A DNA stretch of 64,000 bases from Flaccisagitta enflata (Eukaryota): positions 48,050,001-48,114,000 of the forward strand of contig OZ231126.1 in assembly GCA_965153355.1 (NCBI GenBank). The letters run 5' to 3'. The stretch's first letter is position 1. Each line of letters begins with the position of its first letter. Positions 13,599 through 27,190 of this stretch are shown here, piece after piece. Both the position numbers and the translations under genes were made by a program. Under the pieces are notes generated by a model. That model was not told where the DNA came from, did no database searches, and was given only the letters and a program-made list of their open reading frames with translations.

Positions 13599-15439
13599 TT
13601 TCCAGCAGCATTTTGTTGTTCTGCTTGATGTTGTTTTTGCAAGCAGCACGAGTTGTTAAATCCTCTTTTAGTCACCTTACTTTTTTTAAAAAAATCCCCC
13701 CCCCCCCACAAGCAAAGTTATGACTTTGTTTCAGCTGATACTCAATCATTCAGCCAAGTCAATCAATCAATCATTCAACCAGCCGGTCATTCAATCAGTC
13801 ATTCAATCATTTGTTCAGTCAGTCATTCAGTCATTCAGCCAAGTCAATCAATCAATCAATCATTCAACCAACCGGTCATTCAGTCACTTGTTCAATCATT
13901 CATTCATTGATTCAATTAAGCAGTCAGTCACCTCGCTGCAACTCGCGTTGCATTGGAAGACTTTAATTCCTGCTGATGTTAATTGTTTAGATTTATCGTT
14001 CATGTCATCTCCGAGCGCTGGACACACTCGTTCCAGTGCCGGAGAAGCGCCGGAATAATTAGATACCGATCTTTTGTACATTCCGTTGGGCGCGATGGGC
14101 GTAAACGCGTACTCAAGAGGAACGCTTTTAATGATATCCTCCGAAATATGGCCTGACTGGCTGTGGTTACTACTTTCATGGTATTGTTGTGAGAGACTCT
14201 CAACAACACCCGTGATACCGCCTGCAATATCGTGCGACAAACACAAACACAAACACACACACACACACACTGGCAGACAGAGCCTCTTACTAAGTCGCGG
14301 GTCCAAGAAAAGACGAAGAGAAATGGATTGACGTGATTGTGGTAAAAAATGTTTTTTTGAAAATCATCCATAACTTTTTTTAGAGGGGCAAATTTGCATA
14401 ATTTTTTTTGCTTAGTTACTCGTTATAACATATATAATGACTAGAAAAAATCAAATTTGAATTCTGAAAATGTTCAATTTTGACCTCTCATGAATGGCAT
14501 ACGTTTCACAAGCTTAGATCATGTCGTAAAACAATATGAGAGTGTGTGTGTGTGTGTGTGTGTATGTGTGTGTGTGTGTGTGTGTGTGTCTCTCTCTCTC
14601 TCTCTCTCACTGCGCACTAAAGGGGGAATTCCTGGTCACTAACTTGCCTCGCGGAAAAATTCCTTGGGATCCTTGAATTCCTTGGGGATCGCAAGGGCAC
14701 CGCGAGGGGACCGCGGCATTGGGCCACTTTGCTGGCTTTTTTCTTTTTGATAAGTCATACATGGGAAGCAATGATTCCGCTGAAGGCTTATTGGGTTGTT
14801 CTGACCTGATTATCAACTATAATCTGCTTTTTGAAAAATTTGGGAGGACCGCAAGGAAGGGGGGGACCGCGAGGAACTCAAGGATTGGTAAGTGAATATG
14901 AGGAATCTGGGTACCATGGATTGGGAGGAAGGGGAATGTGATTGCAAAAAACAATAACAACAATAACAACATCAACAATAAAATAATAATAACAACAGTA
15001 CCCCAATGAAAATAACAACAATAACAACAACAACAACAGCAGCAATAACCCACAGCAACAACAGGAAGCGTGAACAGAGACCGGAACGCAGGGATTATGT
15101 ATAAAGGGGAATCATGATTGCAGATAACAACAACAATAATAACAACAACAACAACAGGCAATATTAACAACGACATCATGATGAATGACAGCAGCCAGAA
15201 TTACACAAATGATGGCCCTTACACTGTGCTTCTGCTCCTCAATCTTTCAGCGTCACTCTCTTCTTTGCTATCAATTCTACATTATGTAGATATTCTGTAG
15301 ATTTTGTCCTTACCGTGAATTTTACACTTAAGCTGAAAGGAAAATGGTATGGTGAGGAAGTAAGTGATGGTTTTAATTGAAAGAAAGAATGTGTCATTTG
15401 TTACCTGCCCAGTGTCATTGAGCATGTGCATGTGTGTGG

Positions 15440-15485
<46 letters not shown>

Positions 15486-16080
15486 TTGGGCGAATGAGAA
15501 TGTTACTTTATATATAAGATTTTCCAGCTTACGTATGAGTATATGACAGCAAATTTTTAGTCCCGTGCACGCGACTCTACACCCCGCTTTGTGCATTGGT
15601 TGGTCGGTCGGTCGGTCGGTCGGTCAGTCACACTGTACGTTTTTTATCAATTTTATTTCTTTAGGTCTTTCGCGACTTATAGGTGTTGGCCTTGTTGAAG
15701 AAAAATTAAGTGTTTCAAAATAGTTTTTGCATCATTATCTGGACAATATTGTTGCTGTAATGCTTTTAATAGACAGATTGTTGCTAAGGATACTTGATGT
15801 ACATACACTTTTATCATGTTCTGACCTCAAAAGTAATGTCAACTATTCAATTCACATGGAAAAAGGCAAGAAAATCAAGGTTTTTAACAAAATCTTTCTT
15901 TCAATTTTTTGTTATTTCCTGCTGTTGAAATTCTAAAACTCTGAAATGCAAAGAAACTTTGTATATTTAAAAAAATAGTTCTCTCCGCAATTGATTTTGG
16001 AAGAGAACTATGTTTTTTGTCCAATCTTAATGCAATGAAATATTGAATATGATTTATTTAAATAATCATTTGGGTATAAT

Positions 16081-16439
16081 TACCGTATTTCCCCTAATCA
16101 GCACCCGGGGCGCTTACAAAATTGAAAAATGACATTGCCTGTTTTACCTCCTAATTAGCGCCTCTGTAGTATGTCAGACAACTGATAAGATACTGAAAAA
16201 TAGAGTAAGAAATTTAGGATAAGAAAAAAAAATAGGGTTAGAAAATAAAAAGAAATAAAAGTGTGGTTTCAACAGGAAATCCACATTTGAGGTTAAAAAG
16301 ATCATAACTACTGTGAAAAACTACATATTCTTATGTGTATCTGTAATTTTTGATGAAATAAAAAGTATAATTAGAATGTTTTTATTTTAAAGGGGGGGCG
16401 CTAATTAGAGGAGGGGCGCTAATTAGAGGAAATATGGTA
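16081..16439. mobile_element. MITE with TACCGTATTT-type TIRs (Tc1/mariner-pogo-like)
   Basis: taccgtatttcccctaat..gcgc at the left and gcgctaattagaggaaatatggta at the right; related element at 25216-25703. Confidence 0.6.
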
Positions 16440-16772
16440 TTCAGCTTCATTCTTTTTGAATTTTCAATTTCAGTCCCTGTTGAAACAAAAAGGCACCCAT
16501 TAGAAGGACGCTGTGTTATTCAAATGCTTGTGAATGAGATGAAGCCGAAAAATGATGCCACCATAATGTATACCTAAGAGAGTCGTCACATGTTATATGT
16601 GTATGCATCCACCCTCCATCATTCTTAGATGCGTCCTCGTTGATCTTGCAGTTGTTGTCCTTGTCATTGTTGCCCTTATTGTCATTGTCCCTAATGTCAT
16701 CGTTGTCGTAATCGTTGTTTTTCATCTTTGTTGTGGTTATTGTAGTTGTTTTCGTTGTTGTTTTTGTTGTAG

Positions 16773-16816
<44 letters not shown>

Positions 16817-17365
16817 GATGTTAGTTGTTGTATGTTGTGTTGTGTTGCTGTTTAACGAGCTTTCCACAGGTTTAGAAGCCAATACAGTTCAAAGAAAGGT
16901 AAGATTCACCATTGTGAATCACCAACAAAATAAAAGTTTTAAATCTGTTAAAATCTTTCGATGTGCGCCAAAGTTTTTCATCTCATCATTCAGAAGATAT
17001 TTATTGTCTTCTTATATTCAAGCAGAAAATGATATGAAGTCAATACTTAGCTGACCAGTGGGCTTGAGAAAACAGCCGGACACACGGCTACCCCAGTCGC
17101 GTGTGCAGAGGGCCATTTGAGGTCACTGATCACTGGGCAGGAGCAGTGAGGCCAAAGAACGCAAACCCCAAAAAGTAAAGTGACGACGGATGGACGACTC
17201 AACGGACCGACAGACTGACGACAGACTGACTGACAAAGCGGGTTGTAGAGTCGCGTAGCACGCGACTAAAAATTGGTCTTTGTGCCTAATGGATAGCTTC
17301 GACTTTTGTTTTGAACCGGCTTTTAGGGATGATTTTTGGGCAGGGGCGAAATGGCCGGATTCTTG

Positions 17366-17408
<43 letters not shown>

Positions 17409-17410
17409 CC

Positions 17411-17474
<64 letters not shown>

Positions 17475-17476
17475 CC

Positions 17477-17521
<45 letters not shown>

Positions 17522-18980
17522 GCAACACCAACAACTACAAAAGAAGCACATCAACCGAGAGGATGTGCAATGTTTAGTCGCGGACACATAACTCTGCTCC
17601 TTGCCGTGTCATTCCATCTGGCAGTTGGTCTGTCCGTCTGGCCATCCATCCATCCGTCCATCTGTCAGTCTTTCCATCCGTCACATTTCTGAATAGCGAA
17701 TGGTTTTTGCTTTAATGCCCCTGCCCAACTGTCTGCGACGCTGGTGCCATGGATCCGGCCTTGTTTTCCACAAAAGAGAGAAAGAAACAAGTGACGCGGG
17801 GTCACAATATCGTTGCGGATGGGTGGGCAGTGGCATTCAACCCCCAGCCTCACCCTAACCACACTCCAACACATTCACACACAAAGAATACCAACTGCAG
17901 CATCCTAATTACACTTTTTCGCGTTTTCAACTTGAGCGTGACAACTTCAGCCTGACGGACCAATGGACAGACAGACGGACGGACCAACAGAAGGACTAAG
18001 CTTCTTATATTGGACTTTGGAGTGGATCCTGTGGCGGGGACTCCGCATCCAAACCCCCCACCGTTAGAGCAAGAGTCTCTGGATCAAGCGGTGGAAGACA
18101 GCATGACCATTTGAACAAGACACTTTGGGACATATCATCCTACTGCCCTCTAACTCAATCATGGCCAATAATAAAGACCATCAAGATTTCAACAGTCCTC
18201 TTGTCTCAGCTTGTCTCCTCAATCTGCTCAACTTAAGCCCTATCATCATATAACCACAATTCTCCACCTGACTCTTTGATAACTACGACATCATCTAACC
18301 ACTATATCATCTTATACTATAGCCCTTGACCTCGCTCAACAACCCATGTGATTGTTCGCACTCGTTTGGACAAATGGCGGATTCCTCTCGACAGTTGCAC
18401 AAATGCATACAAAAGAGTCTCAGGCACATTGTTTGTAGACTGAGAAAAGACCTGTATGTCGAAACAGCCTTCGCGAACGCAGACGCTCAGTGACAGTTGT
18501 ACACTAGTACAAGTACATTCGATCTCCGTGCCTGATAGCGATCACATCTCGAACTTCTCCTGGATTATTTTTCCACCCGATATCTGAAATCTCATTCTAC
18601 ACGTGGAGATTCTTCTCTTGCAATATTTTTACTAAGCCACGGATCCGTGGGGTAAAAATAGGCAGAGACCGCCCTCACAAATACTTTTACAAACTAAAAC
18701 TGAATCTGTATATCATTACTGGAATCACTACTCTCAACTTTTCGCCATTACTTGAATGACTACTCCTCTCTACACTTTGTCATTGCTATTATCGATTTTA
18801 GCAATGAAATTGACTTTCTAATTACTACGTTGAACCTCACGACTGTAAATAACGCCACCTTTGCAGATCTCATTTCCGTGAATTTCGTCGTCGCAAATCT
18901 TGCCATAACAAATCACGCCATTATCGCATCATCTCACATTTCTCACTACTGGAAACTTCTGAATCTATATCTTTGTCATC

Positions 18981-20380
18981 ATGACTTCCAAGGCTCTAAG
19001 TGCGTTTTTGGGCAGGGGAAAAAACAAACGCATCACTGCTCATCAACACGTGTGTTCGGCTCTCGGTCCCGACACAAAGGGAAAAGCCCCAGTTGTCAAA
19101 CAAAGGATCATAACATTCGTCGGGGAAGACAAAGAAAAAGATTCGAAAGTCCGTGACTTGGTCACAAAGTACATTGAAAACGCAGAAAACGACGGCAAAG
19201 ACGGTGAATCAACTTCTCAGTCCCAAGACATGTTTTCTCATGACTCATACCGCACATCCTCCGTTTTGGAATCGATTACAGATTCTGATGATGAAAACGA
19301 ACGTGATGAAAATGAAGAAGACGAAGATGAAGATGATAAGACATCAAAAGAAAAAACATCTACCCCGCTACGACCATCGCGTATCAACCCGTGCCAAACA
19401 CCATCGGCAATATTATCTGCCAAACTTTCGGAAAAAATCCAGTCATGGATTGGAAAGGAAGGAGAGTGTGAAAAGAAGGACGAGCAATCAACGGCAGCAG
19501 ATGACGCAATAAATGACGCCATTGATGTGATCGAAACAAGCTTTGCAGCAATGTGAATGACGTTTTGACAACAGGCCATGATGCAAACCAAATTTCTCCC
19601 ACGGAAGAAACCCCGTCTAACAAAAAACAGCAACTAGAAGAACCTTGCTGCGATCTCGAGTCCTTTCTGATAGAATCTACGGCCTTTCTGATGGAATCTA
19701 GAAAAGTTATTGCATTCAAAGATTCGCAGATTGAAACACTCAAACACTATCTCGATCAAAAGGAAACACAACTGGTCAAATTGGAAGATATGAATCGTAT
19801 CCTGATGAACAAACTCGAATCAGCTTCGTCTTCCTTTGTCACCCAGTCAAATACGCTCCTAACAAAAAGCCAAGAACAACAAGAAAAGCTTATCTCTGAG
19901 ATGAAAGAAACAATATCATCGGAAAAAATCAATCGCCTTTCACAGGCAGTTGAAAAGGCGGAGAGTATAGAAAAAAAGATCGTGGATGATGATACAAAGA
20001 AATGGCAAAAAGATTGCCAATCCATCATTTTGGACATGGCGAAAAGCATTGAGCAAACTGAAAGCAAAGTGAAGAAGATGCAATCACATGGAAACGGCGT
20101 TTACAATAACGCCAACAACCACCGCAGTGATAGACATGACAGCGGCGACCAACAAAATAGCGGTAACCAACAAGGCAGGAATGACCAACGCAGCAGCGAC
20201 CGACGCAGCAGCAACCGACAAAGCGGCAAACGACGCAGCAACAGCAATCTTTGCAGCGTCAGCGACCGACGCAGCAACAGCAATCGTCGCAGTGTCAGCG
20301 ACCGACGCAGCGACAACAATCTACGCAGCGTCAGTGACCGACGCGCCGGCGGCGACCCACATCGCAGCAACAACAACAGC

Positions 20381-20451
<71 letters not shown>

Positions 20452-20900
20452 CGAACACATCATATTAGTCTCTGACGCTAATGCCAAGTACTTGGATTTG
20501 CAGCAGCTCAAGCCAGGCGCCCTCGTCACTAGAGTTTGATGCTACCACGTCTCTGAGGCCATTGGCAAAATTCCCGCGACAAAGAATCCTAAAGATGTCA
20601 CCGATATCGCTTCCCAAGTTGGCCTGAATGACCGACGCAAGGACAATTTTGATTTGAAAAAGCTTAAAAACGGTTACATGGATATGTTATTCGCTTACAA
20701 CACCCATTTCCCAAACGCCAGGCTTCACTTGATTGGCCTACCTCCACTCTCAAAAGACCACATCGAAATCAACGATCTACTTGATACACTACCGACACAA
20801 AAACGTTGCGACAAGATACGATGGACGACGACATCCACTACAACGACTTTGGCGCCAAAATTCTCGCCAAAGAAATCAAAAGGAGCCTGTATTCGAAGAA
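18981..20900 (+). pseudogene. LINE ORF1 with SGNH-esterase-like C-terminal domain, frameshifted
   Basis: Pieces 18981-19556, 19553-20539 and onward. Motifs ILVSDAN, QVGLND and DDIHYNDFGAKILA (at 20821) resemble SGNH blocks I, III and V found in CR1-group ORF1. Confidence 0.65.
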
Positions 20901-21189
20901 AAATCGCGACAGCGTTCAACTCACCAAACTCAACCAAATCTCATCGCGGTACGGCTCAAGAAATGAATAGGATCCGGTCAACTACAGCAATAACAACCAG
21001 AATGTTAACAAAAACAACATCTCATCTCAATTCGAATACTGGCATAAATATTGAAGGCTATGAATTTTTTGGACGAAAACGGGAAGGAAAATTAGGTGGT
21101 GGCAATGCTATTTTTGTACGCAAGGATATTAGGTCGAATGTCACGTCACACATTCCTAAACGCGATATAGAACACCTACAAGACAAGAA

Positions 21190-23068
21190 ATAACTGATAT
21201 TATTCGCAAAAAGAAAAATGGTAAATCCACCCCAGATATCAAAAACAAAATGCTTAAACTTACTGGTGAATCTATGATTGAATTCCTATATCCCTTAGTA
21301 GAAACTATATGGAGAGAAGAAGCGATACCTTCGGTATGGAATAGAGGCGTGATTACCTGTCTTTGACAAGGAAGTCCTGTCCAATCACCGCGGCATTACC
21401 ATATCCTCAGCTATAGGAACTATAATAGAAACTATGATAGATAATCGTATTGAAAATATTGTGAAGCTGACTCCTGCCCAAGGAGGAGGAAAAAAGGGGT
21501 CCTCATGTTATGACCATTTGTTTATCCTTCGAGCCATAATTGATATCAGCTTAAAAGAAAAAAGATTGACCTACACAACTTACTACGATGTCAGCAAAGC
21601 GTACGACAACGTTGACAATTCCGATTTACTTATGACCATGTGGGAAAAAGGTTTACGCGGAAAATGTTGGCGAATCCTCAAGAACCTGAACACTAACCTT
21701 ACCGCGAGTGTTAAAACCCGTTTTGGTCCAACAAGAGAAATTAAAATGGAAATAGGAGGCAAACAGGGTTCGCGCTTAACAGGGAGAATGTTTGCCAAAA
21801 TGATGGATTTGATATCTGAGGAATTGGAGGAGACAGATTTAGGGTTTAAAATCACAGAAGACTTCCTTATGGCCGTACTCCTATGGGTTGATGACTTCAT
21901 TTCCTGCACAGAGGGAAAAATAAATCAGCAACAAATGTTGGACAAACCAAATGATTTTGCCACAAAACACAAGCTCAAATGGGGGCAAGCTAAATGCAAA
22001 ATTATGAAAGTGGGTAAACATGATAAAACTACGGATGAATGGAAATTGGGGGAAATGAAGATTGAAGAAACAGATAAATATAGATATCTAGGTGATGTTA
22101 TTACCCCTGATGGAAAAAATTTTGAGAATATTCAAAGTCGAAAAAACAATGTACAGGCTACCACAGTCAACATCAACACCATTGCTTCCAGCGAAACCCT
22201 GCACAATATTGAAACAATAGTCATCCTTGAACTGCATGAAAAAATTTGCATACCAGGTTTTCTTAACAACTGTGAGTCCTGGAAACTCACTAAGAAAGAA
22301 AAGATGGAACTTGAAAAAATCGAATTACAGGCGATAAAATACTTCTTCAACCTGCCAATACATACACCTTCGGTTGCCATAGTATACACACTTGGTCTTT
22401 TATACACAACACAACGTATTGACCAAATACAATTGTTATACCTACAGAAAATCCTGAAAAGAAACAATATTGATTGGGCAAAATCCACACTAAACACTCT
22501 CAAGGAAAAGAATATTGGGTGGTGTGTGAATATAGTCAACATTCTTCAAAAGTATAGTTTACCCACCGCTGTTGATACTATCGCAAATCTTCCTGTAGCA
22601 AATGGAAAAACACTGTGAAAATGGTAATCGAGGAGATGAATAAAGAAAGGATAAAAAATGACTTACACAAGCATGAAAATGGAACAGATGTCCTAAAGAC
22701 AAAAACTCGATCCATCTTTGACAAAATCACAGACCCTAACTATACACGTAAACCAGTGGATGAGATCCTACGGCTGACAGAAATGAGACCAAGACATTGA
22801 TAATAGCGCGATATGGAATGCTCGAGTGTGGGCAGAATTTCAAGGGCACCGCACGACCGACCTGTACAGTTTGCGATATGACTGATAATGAATATCATCG
22901 TTTGAACGATTGTAAAAAATGGGTGGGCTCTAATTTTTATGGCACTTCTGATTAAAGCTGATTTTGACCTGATTTACAGTTCCGACATTGACACGATTAA
23001 GTCCATACTCCCCAAAATCTGTTTCGTTTGGAATACGAGAAACGCCAATGGCACAATGCAAAAATGAT
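21190..23068 (+). pseudogene. LINE reverse transcriptase (ORF2 remnant)
   Basis: YDVSKAYDNVD, GGKQGS, LWVDD and KYRYLG motifs in 21434-22618. Flanking pieces are frameshifted and a Cys/His tail follows. Confidence 0.9.
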
Positions 23069-24229
23069 TGAGTCTCTGTTCCTTATTCTTAAAGAAAAAA
23101 AAAAAAAGGTTTGAAGCACACGGACTACACATCCTGTTCCCCCCCCCCACTAGAAATCCTTTCACCTATTTATTCGACTTTTACTCAGCTCATCTGTTAA
23201 CATGTCTAGTTTAATTTATTTGGTACATTTGTACTGCTCATTGACAATTTATTGTTAAGTGTGATGAATGCACATTTTGAGCCATTAAATCAATCAATCA
23301 ATCAAGTAAGAAAAGACAATGGCGGGAAATACGGAAGAGGACATTTGTGACATATGATGGACAATCTGAAGACACGACTGATAATCATGGACTAGTCCTG
23401 TTCACCCAAAACAGTCCCGTGATTTTTTTTTTTTTTTGCCCGTTGTCAAAAAAAGAAAAAAAAAGTGATGGAAAAGAAGAAAAACAGAATATAAAAAATA
23501 AAAAGGCAGAAGCGCAAAAAAAGAAAAAAAAACAAACAAAAAAAACGGAAGTATGAAAGGAAAGAGAAGAGAAAATAATGAAAAGAAAGAAAAAACCAGT
23601 CGCCCAAGGGCAATATGTGGTCATCGATACCCGTTGCTCTTCTTCATATGTTGGTGATTGAAGGTGATGGGTAGCAGGGCAGCGGCCTCTCCGCACAGTG
23701 GTCGGCTTAATACATTGTTTCTTAATACATTGTTTCTTAATACATTGTATCTTTCACGACCAAATTAAGGCTGATTAATTAGACCTCAAGCTCATGCCGT
23801 TAATCCCTCTGGCCCGGCCGCATTTAAAAGAGAAATCGGAAAATTCACCAGGACTCAGATGGATGGATGTAAGGTCAATCTCTACCATTGCTGTGTTAGA
23901 ATAGTTTAATTTGAAAAAAAAAAGGAAGGAAAATTTTGCCACAATTCGAATATCAAAAATCCTCCACAAAACCACGATATTGTTTTATTTCCGCTATGCT
24001 TGGAAGTTCAACTAGTGTTTTTTTTACTCATCCTTTTAGTACTCATTCCACTTGCTGTGAAACAAAAGTCACCCAACCTTTTACTCTATCGTTACCAGTA
24101 CCGCTTACCCATACCATCAAAATTTTGATTGATGTGTCGATACAGAAGTTTACATTTGCTGTGTTTTAATACCCAACAAACAAATTTACTCAATTTAACA
24201 ATTACCGTTAATCTCTCTCTAATTTGCCT

Positions 24230-24480
24230 TTTCCATTCAATCTTTATCTCAAACTTGTCCAATCAACGTTACATTTAGTAGTACAAATTGTTTACTGTTT
24301 ATCTACCTCTTTACTTACTTTCAATCTTTAAATCAAACTTGTCCAATCAATGTTACATTAAGTAGTACATATTGTTTACTGTTTATCTACCTCTTTACTT
24401 ACTTTCAGTCTTTATCGCAAACTTATCCAGTCAACGATACATTCATGAGTACAAATTGTTTACTGTTTATCTACCTCTAA
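24230..24480. repeat. Tandem ~80-bp repeat, 3 copies
   Basis: aaacttgtccaatcaacgttacatt..aaattgtttactgtttatctacctct recurs three times. Confidence 0.75.
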
Positions 24481-25215
24481 GCCGATTCTTTGCTCTTCCA
24501 TGGGGATTTATGATCACAGCTGACAGGCACCTCTCAGTTTTTTTTAGGTGCGCATTTATAACCTTGCGGGCAATAAATGACGCTTCGGCGGCGGGGCGCC
24601 CTATGGCGGGCGGTTCCTTTCAGCTGGTAGAGCCCCAGCCCCCTTCAACAGCCCTTACCCTCCTGCCTCGGACCTCACCCCAATCCCCAATCACCCAGAC
24701 CTCCCCATTATCTTCCCCCCAATGCTGCTCCTGATCCTGCAGCGGCCCACAGCCAATAGGGGGCCTCCGGCCCCCGGTAAGAGAGGTGGCGGCGCGGTAA
24801 GAGAAGATGAGGAAGGGGGGAATACTCCATCCCCGTGGAAGAGCGGAAGAGGATCTGGAGGGGGTAAAGATGATGCCTCTGTGGATCGGCAGTTCTTCAT
24901 TACACCTCCTTACTCTGATCTATCTCTGCTTATTTTCTCCCTAAAAGGATGAGGGGCTGTCCCTCTGAGAGGGAGGGACAGAAAGGCTGGAAGGAGACAG
25001 TCAGGCCCTTAGAAAGATAGAAGATAGGCAAGGGAAGGGATCCTGATAGCACGGTAAAGCACAAGACCCAAGGAAATGTATTGTCAGAAGTTTCCGTAGA
25101 GGGGCCTGAGGATCTCTATGATAATTTTAAATGAGTGAGATCATGATGCGTTGGCTGTAAGTGTTGCTTCATTAAGACGCTGCGTCATGCAAATTAGGCT
25201 TTCAAACAAAAAAGT

Positions 25216-25703
25216 TACCGTATTTTTCTAAAAAACGCCCCAGGCACTTTTGAAATTAAAATATAACTTTGATTTTTAACCCTCCAATAAGTGCCCCCTT
25301 TGTATTGTAGATGAACTCTCATTCAGTCTATCTTTTTCATGAAAGGCTACCAAAATGCGAAATTTGACTCAAAATGGAGATATTCATTGCAAATATCTGT
25401 TAGAAAGTCTCTGAAAATGGCTCATTGTGCTGAATTATTTCATCATTTTACTCATTATTTCTGTCCAAATCTCTTCTGAAAAGTGAAACACTAAGAAAAC
25501 AAGGCCGGACCACACGGCAATCCAGTGGCGGACGGTTGGGCAGGAGCAGTAATAAGAAAACCGCTTAGAATTCAAAAATGTGACGGATGGACAGACGGAC
25601 TGACAGACCGACCAACACGGCAAGGTGTAGAGTCGCATTTCCTCGACTAAAATGAGGGGGCACGCTTTTTGGAGGGGGGGCGCTTTTTAGAAAAAATATG
25701 GTA
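25216..25703. mobile_element. MITE (TACCGTA TIR family) with nested DINE/HINE-like repeat
   Basis: taccgtatttttctaaaaaacgccc at the left and gcgctttttagaaaaaatatggta at the right; insert at 25498-25652. Confidence 0.6.
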
Positions 25704-26007
25704 CCAAAGCGAAGGCAACGACATTATTTGATGCAAGTTGGTTCGCCCGAACTAAGAAATGGTGCTACTGTGTTCAGGTGTGATGATCGTCCTCTTTGCT
25801 CCCTCTCACAAACGATTGGCAATGAACGATTGAAAGTGAAAACATACATACAAAAATGAATGCCTGTTCTTTTCTACTCGCTACCTCCGTGTCTCCGTTT
25901 CTCTGTCTCTTTGTCTCCGTCTCCATATGTCAGTCTGCATCTCTGTCGTGTTCCGGTGCCTCCTCTGTCTCCTTGTGTCTCTTGACATCTCTTTTTTCTA
26001 ATTATCC

Positions 26008-26147
<140 letters not shown>

Positions 26148-26411
26148 GACGAGGAAAATAGAATCAATGCAATATGCCTTATTTATGGGATCATCGAAAC
26201 CAATAATTCAACAACCCGATCTTCAATCGATTGACGCCCATATCATGGTCATGTTTTGAAAAAAATGAAATCAGTGATAGTCCTTATGAGAGACGGATTG
26301 CTTAACTTTAATTGAAAGTCACCTAAGGTACGATGGGCGCAATGATTACCTACACTGGAGGATAATTCTTTAGTACTCTAATTTTATTTAAATCATAGAA
26401 AATTTCAGATC

Positions 26412-26810
26412 TAGGCTAATTAAAGGTTGCTCTTTTGAGTGAATGCATTTGCGTCTCATAAACTCCAACTTATAACTTGACCTCATCAAGACTTTATTTT
26501 TCAAGGTTCTAACCTAATTTATGATCGGGTGAAAAATTTTATATGATTTTATTCAAAAACCAGGTTAATTGGACTATTGTTATAAGTTTTACAGCTATGT
26601 TTAATAAACAAAAGTTATGCAAATTAATTTTTTGGCAAAACTTAAAATGGCCATAAAACCTGTAAAAATGAACTGATTAAGCAGATTTTTTTTTGAAACC
26701 ACATAAAGATTTTTCACCTGATCTATCAAGATAGGTTAGAACCTTGAAAAATGAAGTCTTGATGTGGTCAAGTTGCAAGTTGAAGTTTGAGCAACCTTTA
26801 ATTAACCTTG
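26412..26810. mobile_element. MITE with ~100-bp imperfect inverted ends
   Basis: ggctaattaaaggttgctc..acttgacctcatcaagactt..ttcaaggttctaacct is mirrored by aggttagaaccttgaa..aagtcttgatgtggtcaagt..gagcaacctttaattaacc. Confidence 0.6.
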
Positions 26811-27190
26811 ATCTCAAATATTTTATGATAGAAATAAGATTAAGATACCTAAAATCTATCCTCCGGTCTAGGTCGTCATTGCTCCTATCGCACTGTAGTT
26901 ATATAGTGACACCCTCACATAAAATCTAAGGTTCTCTTACGCAATCACAATCTTACTCATATCCCCTACTACACCGAAGCTACTCAAAACAAGGCTGAAT
27001 GCACGGCTACTTGAGTTGTGTGTGGGTGGGCAGGGACAGTGATGATACATGCTAACTCAAGCATTTGGGCCTGAGCAGTAATGCAAAAGACGCCTGAAAA
27101 TGCCAAAATTGCTAAAAGAGCTAATGGCGGCCAACTAACAGAGCAACCGACCAACATAGCGGATTGGTCACGAGCAGACAACTAAAAATT

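Larger units (their letters stand above)
18010..23304 (+). mobile_element. Non-LTR retrotransposon (CR1/L2-like), decayed, internally deleted
   Basis: About 1 kb leader, ORF1 with coiled-coil and esterase motifs, an endonuclease fragment (GYEFFGRKREGKLGGGNAIFVR), RT, and an (ATCA)n tail at 23287-23304. Confidence 0.85.

Noticed and set aside
14607-14900. GC-rich repeat-like block as a possible TIR of copy A
   Set aside because: There is no matching partner in the window, so it cannot be tested here.
24541-25120. GC-rich island with short ORFs
   Set aside because: No recognisable protein, RNA gene or termini; probably a transposon fragment.
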